Shown in pieces: positions 39,983 to 51,111 of a DNA stretch of 58,386 bases. Under the pieces are notes generated by a model. That model was given only the letters and a program-made list of their open reading frames with translations. It was not told the origin of the DNA and did no database searches. A program made the position numbers and the translations under genes. Source of the stretch: Candidatus Collierbacteria bacterium GW2011_GWB2_45_17 (lineage in GTDB: Bacteria > Patescibacteriota > Microgenomatia > UBA1400 > MFAQ01). The stretch covers positions 1 to 58,386 of the forward strand of contig LCKO01000010.1 in the NCBI GenBank assembly GCA_001001485.1, written 5' to 3'. Positions within the stretch are counted from its first letter, which is position 1; every line of letters starts with the position of its first letter.

Positions 39983-41344
39983 CTAGGGATAGTAAAAGGA
40001 TTGGGTGAGGTTGGTGGCTAGAGGTTGGCCGAAGAGGTCGATGGTTTGGGGGGAAGAGACGAGGCCGTGTTGTTTCAGGATGGCTAGGGAGTAGTTTGCC
40101 TGGTTTGGGAGGGTGTAGCTGAGGGTGATGGTGCTTTCGCCACCGGCCAGGGTGGTGTGCCAGAAGCCAATCTCGGTGAGGCCGTAGGCAGATTTCAGAT
40201 CGTAGTTCTCAGATGTCAGTTCTCGGTAGTCAGATGGGGTGCGGGAGAGGGAGATGTTTTGGGCATTTTCGGGGATATAGAGACGGAGATAGGCAATGTA
40301 ATTGCCGCCGTAATGAAGAGGAGGGTTGGGGTTAGCTTCGATAGAGGAGTTTTGGAATTGGATGGTGACGGAATGATGGATGGTGGTGGAGGGAGATTTC
40401 TCGGCTACGCTCGAAATGACGTGGTTGGTTTGGCGAGTGATGAAGGCGTTGGCCTTATTGGCGCCCAGATTGGTCTCGATCATCGAGTAAGTATCAAAAG
40501 CTTCCGATTGAAAAACTCCGGCGAGCTTTTTTTGTTTCAGTAGGCTTTGAAAAGATAAATTGGTCGAGTGAATCATGATATTTTGATCTATGATGTCTGT
40601 ATAAAGTATTTGCGCAATACGGAGTTTTTGGATAAACGACAGGGACTTTATTTTCTTGACCAGGGCGCTACCCACGGCGGTCAGGGCGTCTTTTTTTTGG
40701 GTGGAACCCGGGAAGAAGTTGAGTTCGGCTTTGCCTTGGAGAAATAAATAGAGATTGTCGGGCGTGAGGGTGGCGGAGTGTTCCGGCACCGGAAAAGAGC
40801 CGACAACAGCCAGGACTTTTTTGATGGTGGAGAGATTTAAGATGGCTAAAATGTCCGGATTGATTTCACGGCCTTTCTCCAAAAACCAGCGGATGGTCTT
40901 GGCTGAGCTCGGGAAGTCCGGCTCCCAGTCGGCGTTGGCTAGCTCCCAGGTGCCGTGACCGAAGGCTTGCTGAATAGGTTCGGGAGGCTTCACAAAAAGG
41001 CCGGCGATTTGACCGTTCGGGACGTAGATGTCTTGAAACTCGAATGTAATTGTGGGTTTGGGGATTCGAGTTTTAAGAAAGAACTCAAGAACTCGAGGAT
41101 TCAAGAACTCAAGGCGTTTGGTGGAGAGGGTGAGCTTGGCGTAGGAGCCGGCAAAGCCGCCGTTGGCGCGCATTTCGGCATCGTTTCCCAAAAGAATGAG
41201 ATACGAGGTGGGACGGTCTATACCCAATAAGTAGTTGGTGAAAGGTAAGTAGGGTTTAAAGAACGCAAGAACTCTAGAACTCAAGTAAAAGACAAGCAGG
41301 AGGGAAAAGAAAATAGATAGAGAAAGAAATAAAAAACGCTTCAC
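39983..41344 (-). CDS. DUF4012 domain protein (membrane anchored)
   Basis: 453 aa, N-terminal TM helix. LLGNDAEMRANGGFAGSYAKLT matches the DUF4012 signature. Carries an F-like element and minisatellite insertions in frame. Confidence 0.75.
   Translation of the reverse strand: MKRFLFLSLSIFFSLLLVFYLSSRVLAFFKPYLPFTNYLLGIDRPTSYLILLGNDAEMRANGGFAGSYAKLTLSTKRLEFLNPRVLEFFLKTRIPKPTITFEFQDIYVPNGQIAGLFVKPPEPIQQAFGHGTWELANADWEPDFPSSAKTIRWFLEKGREINPDILAILNLSTIKKVLAVVGSFPVPEHSATLTPDNLYLFLQGKAELNFFPGSTQKKDALTAVGSALVKKIKSLSFIQKLRIAQILYTDIIDQNIMIHSTNLSFQSLLKQKKLAGVFQSEAFDTYSMIETNLGANKANAFITRQTNHVISSVAEKSPSTTIHHSVTIQFQNSSIEANPNPPLHYGGNYIAYLRLYIPENAQNISLSRTPSDYRELTSENYDLKSAYGLTEIGFWHTTLAGGESTITLSYTLPNQANYSLAILKQHGLVSSPQTIDLFGQPLATNLTQSFYYP
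40391..40421 (+). repeat. F-like element inside the DUF4012 CDS
   Basis: GGGAGATTTCTCGGCTACGCTCGAAATGACG, translated on the minus strand as HVISSVAEKSPS. Confidence 0.65.
41075..41115 (+). repeat. AACTCAAGG-type 8-9-nt tandem repeat tract (inside the DUF4012 CDS)
   Basis: AAGAAAGAACTCAAGAACTCGAGGATTCAAGAACTCAAGGCG, translated LEFLNPRVLEFFLK. Confidence 0.7.
41258..41290 (+). repeat. AACTCAAGG-type tandem repeat tract (inside the DUF4012 CDS)
   Basis: AAAGAACGCAAGAACTCTAGAACTCAAGTAAAAG. Confidence 0.6.
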
Positions 41345-41367
41345 AAATTTAATTGTAAACTAGAGAT

Positions 41368-42225
41368 ATGGATTTTAAGCAGATACTCATGGCTACCTCA
41401 CTTTATGACTGGTTGGGGAAGCGAACTTATGCTCAATCGGGGGAGGATGTGATCGCGTGGGGGGAGCTAAAAGAACTCAAGGAATCAAGAACTCAAGAAA
41501 TCAAGGTACCTGCAGGGCCAGGCCTTGCAGATTGGGGACCTCTAAGGCCTGGCCCTAGGGGGTCAAAAACGGGGTTTTATGTGGATGTGGGGGCGTATCA
41601 TCCGAAACTATTTTCGAATACGTATTTGTTCTACAAAAAAGGCTGGCGGGGCATTTGTATTGAACCGAATCCGAGAATGAAAAAGTTGTTTCTGATAGCC
41701 AGGCCGAGGGATGTGTTTGTGAGTGTGGGAGTGGGGGAAAATCAAGAACTCAAGAACTCAAGGAATCAAGGAATCAAGACAAAAAGAGTTTTGGAGTATT
41801 TTGAGTTTGAGGATGGGGCGGTGAATACTTTTTCGGCGGAGCAAGCCAGGAAAAATCAGGAGGAAGCAGGCCGGAAACTGATAGGCAGAAGAAGGATACC
41901 GGTTCTGCCGCTCAAAACTATTTTGGATAAATATTTGCCTAAAGGCCAAAAAATTGATCTGCTGTCGGTGGACGCGGAGGGGATGGATTTGGAGGTTTTG
42001 AGATCGAATGACTGGAAAAAGTATCGGCCGGAGATGATTATTGCGGAGGATTTGACCGACAGGGCCAGGCCTTATAGGGGATTTAATCCTTCAAGGCCTG
42101 GCCCTGCGGGTGGTGGTAGTGGAGGGGTGGTGAGATTTTTGGACAGTGTTGGATATAGATTGGTGGCGAAGACGCCGTATTCGGTGATATTTAGAGTCCA
42201 ACAAGGAGTCTCCTTGAAGGTATAA
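41368..42225 (+). CDS. FkbM-family methyltransferase riddled with repeat insertions
   Basis: 285 aa. YAQSGEDVI...FYVDVGAYHP..FSNTY.FYKKGWRGICIEPNP and DLLSVDAEGMDLEVL are FkbM/Methyltransf_21-like. It contains two minisatellite tracts and two REP-A dimers in frame. Confidence 0.7.
   Translation: MDFKQILMATSLYDWLGKRTYAQSGEDVIAWGELKELKESRTQEIKVPAGPGLADWGPLRPGPRGSKTGFYVDVGAYHPKLFSNTYLFYKKGWRGICIEPNPRMKKLFLIARPRDVFVSVGVGENQELKNSRNQGIKTKRVLEYFEFEDGAVNTFSAEQARKNQEEAGRKLIGRRRIPVLPLKTILDKYLPKGQKIDLLSVDAEGMDLEVLRSNDWKKYRPEMIIAEDLTDRARPYRGFNPSRPGPAGGGSGGVVRFLDSVGYRLVAKTPYSVIFRVQQGVSLKV
41465..41505 (+). repeat. AACTCAAGG-type tandem repeat tract (inside the FkbM CDS)
   Basis: GAGCTAAAAGAACTCAAGGAATCAAGAACTCAAGAAATCAAG, translated ELKELKESRTQEIK. 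Confidence 0.7.
41509..41561. repeat. REP-A dimer (two units separated by a short spacer)
   Basis: CCTGCAGGGCCAGGCCTTGCAGA-ttgggga-CCTCTAAGGCCTGGCCCTAGGGG. Confidence 0.8.
41738..41782 (+). repeat. AACTCAAGG-type tandem repeat tract (inside the FkbM CDS)
   Basis: AAAATCAAGAACTCAAGAACTCAAGGAATCAAGGAATCAAGACAAAA, translated NQELKNSRNQGIKTK. Confidence 0.7.
42056..42110. repeat. REP-A dimer (degenerate)
   Basis: CCGACAGGGCCAGGCCTTATAGG..CCTTCAAGGCCTGGCCCTGCGGG, inside the FkbM CDS. Confidence 0.7.
42199..42220. repeat. REP-D palindrome copy
   Basis: CAACAAGGAGTCTCCTTGAAGG at the 3' end of the FkbM CDS. Confidence 0.65.
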
Positions 42226-42253
42226 ACCCTTCAGCCCCGCCAAAGGCGGGGCA

Positions 42254-42273
42254 GCTCCCCTTGACAGGGGAGC
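42254..42273. repeat. REP-C palindrome copy
   Basis: GCTCCCCT-TGAC-AGGGGAGC. Confidence 0.75.
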
Positions 42274-42294
42274 CAGGAATGAATTGTATTTTTT

Positions 42295-42314
42295 CCTCCC
42301 CTGTCAAGGGGAGG
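42295..42314. repeat. REP-C palindrome copy (loop inverted)
   Basis: CCTCCCCT-GTCA-AGGGGAGG. Confidence 0.75.
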
Positions 42315-42359
42315 ATTAAGGAGGGGTTTGGGGGGTGGTAGAATAGGTTTTGCTTAAAT

Positions 42360-43502
42360 ATGATCAGCCTGAAGATATTTTTTAGCGACTGGGTGGTGGA
42401 TTTTTTTAGATTTCTAAAAAAGCTTTTTTCGTACTTTGCTCAGGTTTATCTTCGACCGAAGTTTACTGCCTTTGAAGCGGTCAAGACATTGATCGTGGGC
42501 AAGATGTACAGCCAGCGAGGAAAACACTCTCAACTAATGATCAACTACGCTATCGTGACGGTCATGGCTCTTTCGGTGACTTTGGGGCCATCCCTGGTGG
42601 TGAACGATTCCGAGACACAGGCGGTATTTTCTTTGGGACTTGGAAATAAGTTTGCTTTTGCTCAAGAAAGTAGCCAAGAACTGGGATTGACGACAGAGAC
42701 GGTCGAAATAGATCCGTTGACACAGGTGTCGGACAAACCCAGAGCCGACACGCTGGACTATACCGTGGAAGACGGCGATACTTTGGCGACCATAGCCAAA
42801 AAATTTGGGGTCGATACCGACTCAATTAAGTGGCTCAATAAGGGTCTAGTGGAGAAAAAAATAAAAGTCGGGTCGGTGATAAAAATTCCGCCGGTGACCG
42901 GAGTGGTGCACATTGTCAAGGGAGGCGAAACGATATATTCGATCGCTAAGAAGTACGATGTTTCCGCTCAGGCAGTGGTAGACTTTCCGTTTAACGAATT
43001 TACCAACGACGAAACCTTCTCTTTGGCGATTGGACAACAAATAATTGTGCCCGATGGGCAGATGCCGGACGAACCGATACTCTCTCCCAGGTCTAATCTG
43101 GCCGGACTGCCGACACCCAATGCCGGCGCGGTTTCGGCGACCGGGAACTGGATTTGGCCGGCGGCGGGCAGTATCTCGCAGGGATTTAAGTCGTGGCACA
43201 AAGGCATTGATATCGCCAATCGTGGCGGAGGAGCGATTTTGGCGGCAGACTCGGGCAAGGTGCTGGTGGCGAGCTGGCTCGATAACACGGGCTACGGAAA
43301 CAGAGTGCTGATTGATCATGGAAATGGTATTAAAACTCTTTATGGACACATGGCTTCTTTTTCGGTAGTAGTCGGACAGACGGTGAAGAGGGGCGATAAA
43401 CTGGGGATGATGGGCAGTACCGGCCGCTCGACGGGAACACATCTTCACTTTGAGATTAGAACCGGTGGCGGCCTAGCAAATCCGCTGACGGCGCTGAAGT
43501 AG
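42360..43502 (+). CDS. LysM-domain M23 family metallopeptidase
   Basis: 380 aa. TM anchor, two LysM repeats (YTVEDGDTLATIAKKFG, HIVKGGETIYSIAKKYD), M23 motifs (HKGIDIA, GSTGRSTGTHLHFEI). Confidence 0.9.
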   Translation: MISLKIFFSDWVVDFFRFLKKLFSYFAQVYLRPKFTAFEAVKTLIVGKMYSQRGKHSQLMINYAIVTVMALSVTLGPSLVVNDSETQAVFSLGLGNKFAFAQESSQELGLTTETVEIDPLTQVSDKPRADTLDYTVEDGDTLATIAKKFGVDTDSIKWLNKGLVEKKIKVGSVIKIPPVTGVVHIVKGGETIYSIAKKYDVSAQAVVDFPFNEFTNDETFSLAIGQQIIVPDGQMPDEPILSPRSNLAGLPTPNAGAVSATGNWIWPAAGSISQGFKSWHKGIDIANRGGGAILAADSGKVLVASWLDNTGYGNRVLIDHGNGIKTLYGHMASFSVVVGQTVKRGDKLGMMGSTGRSTGTHLHFEIRTGGGLANPLTALK

Positions 43503-43507
43503 AGTAG

Positions 43508-45221
<1,714 letters not shown>

Positions 45222-45232
45222 AGTTTATTGTA

Positions 45233-48200
45233 CTATTTTGTCTCCACTAGCCAGTAGTTGAAGGAGATTCCGGCGGAGGGGGAGGCAGGGACAGCGACGG
45301 TGAAGCCCGTACCAGCTTGTTTGGACTTGACATATAGGACTTGGTTGGAAGTGTCGGAGATGGGGGTGAGGTAGATCAGGGTCTGATCGGTAACTTTTTG
45401 GTTGGCAACGACTATTTCGGCCGACCCACTAGCAATGGTGGCAGTGCCGATGGTGGTGTTGGAGCCGGTTTGGGCCGAAATGGTGGCCGTCTGATCGAGA
45501 TTGTCCGAGGCGATGATGAGGCCGCCGGCGGCGAGAGTGCCCGAGACGGTGGCGGTGCGGGTGTCGAGCCCCATACTATATATAGTACCGGTAATCAAGA
45601 GATCGCCATTGACCACTATTTTGCCGTCGGGGTAAAGCGTCATTAGATTCGCTAGGAGGTGGACCGGTTTGTCGCCGGTGGGTTGGATGTACAGATCGCT
45701 GTCGAAAGAACTAAATGACTGGGCAAAGAGCGAGCCGTTGACCAAGAGGGAGTCGAGGACTAGATCTGAGGGTAGAGTGGCCGAGGTGGTGGCGAGGGGT
45801 GAAAGAGCCAGCGGGTCACTATCGGTGATTGGTGCGGAGTTATTGGTGCCTAGTGCGAGAGAGTCGTAAGAAGTGTACTTGGCTTGGAGGTCGGCCAGAA
45901 TGGCGGAGGCGGTGGAGTATTTTTCGCTCAGAAGATCCAGCTGGGTGGTGAGATGGTCGACAGTTTTGCCCTTGATATTGTCGGCGTAAAGAGTGCCGGA
46001 GATGGTGGCATCGATGACTTTGAGCTGATCGATGTCGGCGATGGGAGAAATGAGTTTGGTGCGGACTGTTAAGTTGGTGGCGACCAGATCGGTAACTACT
46101 TGAGCACCGACCTTTAGATTGGCAATTAGACTTTGGAAGAAAGAGGAGACCTCTTTGGTTTCTTGACCATTAATTTTTACTTGATAGGAGCCATCAACTT
46201 TGGCAATCAGTTCTGGGGCAATAATCAGGGAACTGAGCAGACCGGTACCGGCAGTGTTTTGGTTGTTGTCCGGGTCGTTTAAGACGAAACCGACGGCGCC
46301 GGAGGTTCTGGTATTGGCCCACTGGGCACTATCGAATCTGGGAGCGGTCAGGCGATAGGTGACATCGGCCGGAGTGGAGGAGTAAATGGCGAGAATTTTG
46401 TTTGGCTCGTCGACTTCGTACCAGGTTTTGGCTTGACCGGCGGCGGTGAGGAGGACAGAAAGACTATCGATGTTGGCTTTTAGATCGGTGGTTTTGCTAA
46501 AAAGCCAGAGGTCGGAACCTTTGGGCTGAGCGTCTAGGTCGATAAGAACTCGATAGCCCAAGCCGTCCACTGCTTCCGAAACGGTAATCTTTCCCATAAC
46601 TTCTTCTTTGATACCAATGGTGCTGGAGAGGTAGGTGGCGTATTTTTCACCGTTAATGGTGTATGGCGGGTCGACCGTTCCAACGTCCATCTTGCCGGAG
46701 CCTCCACCGACGGTGACAGTACCGGCCAGGTTTGAATCACCTTTGACATAAAGAGTACTTTCTGTACCCAAAGTGCCGGAAATGGTGGCGGTGCCGGTGA
46801 CATCGAGGTTGAAGGTGGGGGCGACGGTGCTACCAATTCTCAGTTTGGAGGCCACCTTCCAGTCGCCATTGGTCAGCTGATTATTGAGAACATCAATGGT
46901 GGCGGTGCCGGAGTCGTCGGCAATTTGATTGACATATAAACCTGTCCAAGTTTGGGTGCTACTGCCTAGCGAGTAGGTCAGGTCGGAGTGGGGTAGGATG
47001 TGCCCCTCGGTTTCAAGAACTGCGAGGGCGTTCGTGATCGGGGTGGTGACGGAGTTGAAGCCAATTCCGAGTGGGTTCATGAAGAAAGATTGATTATCAT
47101 CACTTGACCCGGAGAGATGGATCAGAGCGGAGCTGGTGGCCGTGGCGCCGAGATTGACCGAGTCAGTGATCTGGGCCGGAGCCAAGGAAAGAGAGGTTCT
47201 TTGCCAGTTACTCGATGATAGAGGGGAGCCGTTCACCGTGTAATTGCCAGTGATATTGACATCGCCGACGACATCGAGTTTGTAAGCAGGCGCCGTCGTC
47301 CCAATCCCCACGTTGCCAGCATAGTCAACTACGAAAGGAGTCGTATCGGTATAAGTGCCATCATCGTTGACTCGGAGAGCATAAGCAGAAGTACCAGTTT
47401 GGGCGGTCGTTACATTTAAAGCTGTGCCATCGCCGGCTCCAGCTCCAGTTATGCCAACTTTTAGAGCCGAGCCGTCAATATCAGCGTCTGTACTTGTGGT
47501 ATATTCAATCTTAGCAAGATTTCCCGTCCACGAAGCGCCAGGATTTCCTGACGCGGTAATATTTAAAAGACCGCCAGTTGTAAGTGCGGTTGAAGTTGAG
47601 GCTAAACTAATAGCAGTTCCCGTAGTCAATGAATTGGCATTATAAGTTACGCCCGTCGTTGTGTCACCGGTAAAGTTTTGTGTCCAAGTAAAGGTAGTTT
47701 GATTTAAAATCAAATTAGCATCAAGATCTAAAGTATCTTCAAAATTGGAAAAATCAAGACAGTTGACACAACTGACATCGGTAGCGTACAGAGTGCCGTC
47801 AACTTCCGCATTTCCATAGACATAAAGATCTTCGTTGGCCGTGCCGTTATCAAAAGTATATCCGGTATCGGGGGCAATATACACATCTCCTCCGACCGTA
47901 TGGAATTTACTATCAGGAGCTACCGTTCCCACTCCCACATTTCCATTGGCCAAGACTTTCAAACCTGTAGTCCCACCACCGGTGAGGATACCACCAAGGG
48001 CAAAATCTCCACCCTGGACTTCTTTGAGCGAGAAAGTATCAAGGGTGAAAGCTTGTCCTGCCGTGAGAGTAGTGGTGATGACAAAGTCAGTGGGAGTGGT
48101 GGCTGATTTGAAATAAGTAGTCTGGGTACCGGCCGTCAAAGTCAAAGCAGTGGTCGCAGAAGCAAAAGCTGTCGTGATATTGGCAGTAGGAGTACCGGTC

Positions 48201-51049
48201 AAACCGGAGACGGTGTAGACAAACTTGTACCAACGTGAGCCAACTCCGGCCACAGCCAGGGTTCCACTGGCTTGCTGGACGGTTGAGGCAGTGCCAGCCG
48301 CAAAGGTACAGGTGGCGGCATCAGTAGCCAAAGCACAGTCGGTAGTTTGAGTCCAGGAAGTGCCGGCAGTCAAGTTGCCATTGGTCAGACTCTCAGTCCC
48401 AAGATCAGTCGGATCCATGATACTGCCATCTCCACCCCAGACAGAGAGTTTTTTGTCAGGGGTAAGGGTGCCGATACCGACGTTGCCGCTACTATCAACT
48501 CGCAACTTTTCACTATTATCAACTTTAACTATAAAGGCAGAATTTCCTTGTTGACTGCCTTCATCAGCAGATAAAATTATTTGTCCGTTATCCGCTGAGA
48601 TGACACTATAATTAGAAGTACCCAAAGTATCTTCAAGACGAATTCTGGGAGCTTGTGCCGCTATGTGCAACGGGTTACTTGGCGCCGTCGTCCCGATGCC
48701 GACGTTGCCGGCGTTACCTCCTTGCCCAACTACGGTAAAATAATCATTTGTACCAAAAGCGGTGCTTTGTGATAATGTAAAGCTGTCAGAATTAGATGTG
48801 TCAATTCCCATTGCCCACGCTGTACCCGCATTAAGCTCTTTCATTACAAGTAAAGCGTCATTACCAGGAGCAGAAAAAGCAAATGAATTATTTGCATTAG
48901 ACTCCCTAATAATTCGAAGGATATCATTACCGCTTGCGCCTCCATCAATTTGTAGTTTTGATCCTGGTCCCGTCGTCCCGATGCCCACATTCCCATTTTC
49001 AACAAGGAGACCATAGTTGTTGGTGGCGCCACTGGCAGAGAAATAACCGCCGATGTTGGTTGAAGTTGTCCCGGTGTTGGTGACGGCTGAGTAAAGACCG
49101 TAGGCGGTATGGGAAGCATTGGAGTTGGTTCCTGACCGGCTGATATCCAAAAGTTTAGAAACACCACTGGCTCCACCTGCAGTAGAAGTAGAGGAGAGGT
49201 CAAACAGAGTACCGGTGGTTAAAGAAGTAGAGGCAAGGGCAAAAGCATCGGCGGTGGTGACTGAATCAAAAGTAAAGGCGGTGGTATAGCCGGCATGGGC
49301 CAGGGAGAGATTGGCAGTGGGGGCTATGATAGAGGACCAAGGCAGGGTGCCGGCGAATGTTCCGGTGATGGTGCCGTTACAAGAGAGGTTGCCATTGCTG
49401 TTGGTGACGGTACAGCCGGTACCGCCATAGCCACCAGCCAGGTTGACGTCTCCGGTGGCGGTGCCGTTTAAGTTCAAAGCATCAGCTCCTTTACTATCAA
49501 TGGAAAGGGCAATGTCAGTATCTCCACCGGTGGCGGCAAGTAAGACTGTGCCGGCGGTAGCGGCATTGGTTAAAGTAGCCTCGTTCACGGCCGAGGCGGT
49601 GGTGCCAAACCTGATTGATTCATTACCGTTACTATCCAAGATATCTCCACCGGTAATTTGGAGATCGTCGGCAATGATGGTTTTGGTGCCGGTGTTGTCA
49701 ATAGTTAAATTACCTGATGAGTCAACAGTATGGGCGGAGTAGACTGTGCCGTCGGTGTAGGTGAGTCTTAGTTGTTCAGTAGTAGCCAAACTATCCAGCT
49801 TGGCGTCAGGCCCCGTCGTCCCGATGCCGACGTTGCCGGCATCAAAGATGGCGGCATAGTTGTTGGTGCCACCCGAAGCTGAGAAGTAGCCGCCGACGTT
49901 GGTGGTTGAAGCGCCGGTCTTGGTGGCATAAAGACCATAGCCGGTTCCAGTAATGGCTCCAGATTGGGCGATTTCCAGTCCCTTGATACTGGCAGTAGTA
50001 GCGGTACTGTTGATATAGGTGTTGTGGGCGACGATGCCGTTGGCGACGAAGTTGTGGGTGTTTTTCACCTCAATATCCCAAACTTGTTCCTCGCCGACGT
50101 ATGTGATGGAGGCAATTTTGACAAAGACTACCTCTTTAAGATCAGAGGTTGTTTCCATAACGGCAATTTCGTCGCCGGGGGAAAGATCGACAACCTTTGT
50201 CCAACCCAGGCTAAAACTTTTGTTGGCAGGCGATTTGACATTATTTGATTGATTTGTGATATTATTGGGAGGAATGGGAAGATTATCGACAGGCCAGTTA
50301 GGAAGATCTTCGGAAATTGCAGGAAATATTGCGGTTGCTTGGTTTTCAGCTGGAGCAATTTCCCCACTTTTGGCTCGCCCTAAATCGATTATTGATTTTA
50401 CGGTTACTTTTGTTGTTTCACTCGTAATATCTGGAGTGTTCTTTATTATTTCATTAAAATTAGCTAAGGAGGTAAGATGATGATTGAATGGAATGTTACC
50501 AACACTTATTTGTTGGCCGCTATCGTCAGTTGTTTGGTCTGGATTGTTTTCTATTATATTTACAAGAAAGGAAGGTGAGCTGTTGTGCAGGCTAACATTT
50601 ATTTGGTTATTATCGCTTTGGTTGTTATTTCTATCATCGGCTATCTGATCTTGTTCCGTTTGGGAAGGAAGTGAAGTTTTTACCAAGTAAGGATGATTAC
50701 CTGTGGTTCTGATAGTTTTTCCGTCTTTGGTGGTGAGTTTGTATACAGGTTTGACCCCCATGTTTAGTAAGCCTTTGATTGGCTGGGGTTCCAGCTGGCC
50801 GGTAGTTTCGTTAAAAGATAAAACATATTCACCACCTTTGACTTGGTCGATTCTTTGAGTGGAGCCGTCAGCTAAAGAAAGGAGTGAGTCGCCGGTGATA
50901 CACTGGCCGGCAACTTCCAGATTTGCCCCAGGAGCGGTTGTTCCGATGCCGACCGATCCATTTTCCACTATCAAACCATAGTTGTTGGTAGCCCCGGAGG
51001 CGGAGAAGTAGCCGCCGACGTTGGTGGAAGTTGTCCCGGTGTTGGTCAC
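45233..51049 (-). CDS. giant surface protein, C-terminal segment (frame stays open upstream to about 51303)
   Basis: 1938-aa ORF. Many NVGIGTT.P..KL tail-fibre-like motifs, one roughly 122-aa module, one intein. The track start (GTG 51049) is internal, because upstream codons read ...VSKLLDISRSGTNANASHTAYGLYSA. Confidence 0.7.
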   Translation of the reverse strand: MTNTGTTSTNVGGYFSASGATNNYGLIVENGSVGIGTTAPGANLEVAGQCITGDSLLSLADGSTQRIDQVKGGEYVLSFNETTGQLEPQPIKGLLNMGVKPVYKLTTKDGKTIRTTGNHPYLVKTSLPSQTEQDQIADDRNNNQSDNNQINVSLHNSSPSFLVNIIENNPDQTTDDSGQQISVGNIPFNHHLTSLANFNEIIKNTPDITSETTKVTVKSIIDLGRAKSGEIAPAENQATAIFPAISEDLPNWPVDNLPIPPNNITNQSNNVKSPANKSFSLGWTKVVDLSPGDEIAVMETTSDLKEVVFVKIASITYVGEEQVWDIEVKNTHNFVANGIVAHNTYINSTATTASIKGLEIAQSGAITGTGYGLYATKTGASTTNVGGYFSASGGTNNYAAIFDAGNVGIGTTGPDAKLDSLATTEQLRLTYTDGTVYSAHTVDSSGNLTIDNTGTKTIIADDLQITGGDILDSNGNESIRFGTTASAVNEATLTNAATAGTVLLAATGGDTDIALSIDSKGADALNLNGTATGDVNLAGGYGGTGCTVTNSNGNLSCNGTITGTFAGTLPWSSIIAPTANLSLAHAGYTTAFTFDSVTTADAFALASTSLTTGTLFDLSSTSTAGGASGVSKLLDISRSGTNSNASHTAYGLYSAVTNTGTTSTNIGGYFSASGATNNYGLLVENGNVGIGTTGPGSKLQIDGGASGNDILRIIRESNANNSFAFSAPGNDALLVMKELNAGTAWAMGIDTSNSDSFTLSQSTAFGTNDYFTVVGQGGNAGNVGIGTTAPSNPLHIAAQAPRIRLEDTLGTSNYSVISADNGQIILSADEGSQQGNSAFIVKVDNSEKLRVDSSGNVGIGTLTPDKKLSVWGGDGSIMDPTDLGTESLTNGNLTAGTSWTQTTDCALATDAATCTFAAGTASTVQQASGTLAVAGVGSRWYKFVYTVSGLTGTPTANITTAFASATTALTLTAGTQTTYFKSATTPTDFVITTTLTAGQAFTLDTFSLKEVQGGDFALGGILTGGGTTGLKVLANGNVGVGTVAPDSKFHTVGGDVYIAPDTGYTFDNGTANEDLYVYGNAEVDGTLYATDVSCVNCLDFSNFEDTLDLDANLILNQTTFTWTQNFTGDTTTGVTYNANSLTTGTAISLASTSTALTTGGLLNITASGNPGASWTGNLAKIEYTTSTDADIDGSALKVGITGAGAGDGTALNVTTAQTGTSAYALRVNDDGTYTDTTPFVVDYAGNVGIGTTAPAYKLDVVGDVNITGNYTVNGSPLSSSNWQRTSLSLAPAQITDSVNLGATATSSALIHLSGSSDDNQSFFMNPLGIGFNSVTTPITNALAVLETEGHILPHSDLTYSLGSSTQTWTGLYVNQIADDSGTATIDVLNNQLTNGDWKVASKLRIGSTVAPTFNLDVTGTATISGTLGTESTLYVKGDSNLAGTVTVGGGSGKMDVGTVDPPYTINGEKYATYLSSTIGIKEEVMGKITVSEAVDGLGYRVLIDLDAQPKGSDLWLFSKTTDLKANIDSLSVLLTAAGQAKTWYEVDEPNKILAIYSSTPADVTYRLTAPRFDSAQWANTRTSGAVGFVLNDPDNNQNTAGTGLLSSLIIAPELIAKVDGSYQVKINGQETKEVSSFFQSLIANLKVGAQVVTDLVATNLTVRTKLISPIADIDQLKVIDATISGTLYADNIKGKTVDHLTTQLDLLSEKYSTASAILADLQAKYTSYDSLALGTNNSAPITDSDPLALSPLATTSATLPSDLVLDSLLVNGSLFAQSFSSFDSDLYIQPTGDKPVHLLANLMTLYPDGKIVVNGDLLITGTIYSMGLDTRTATVSGTLAAGGLIIASDNLDQTATISAQTGSNTTIGTATIASGSAEIVVANQKVTDQTLIYLTPISDTSNQVLYVKSKQAGTGFTVAVPASPSAGISFNYWLVETK
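49442..49807 (-). repeat. 122-aa module copy 1 (DAKLDSLATTEQLRLTYTDGTVYSAHTVDSSGNLTIDN...NLNGTATGDVN)
   Basis: A 366-nt unit repeated four times in the locus; by eye, roughly 85-90% nt identity between copies. Confidence 0.85.
50021..50902 (-). mobile_element. mini-intein 2 (294 aa) in the giant surface protein
   Basis: Starts at Cys after ..GANLEVAGQ (CITGDSLLSL, block A). Block B TTGNHPYLV, block F/G VWDIEVKNTHNFVANGIVAHN followed by +1 Thr (TYINS). The N/Q/T-rich linker takes the place of a homing endonuclease. Confidence 0.75.
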
Positions 51050-51111
51050 GGCAGAGTAGAGTCCATAGGCGGTATGGGAAGCATTGGCATTGGTGCCTGA
51101 TCTACTAATAT

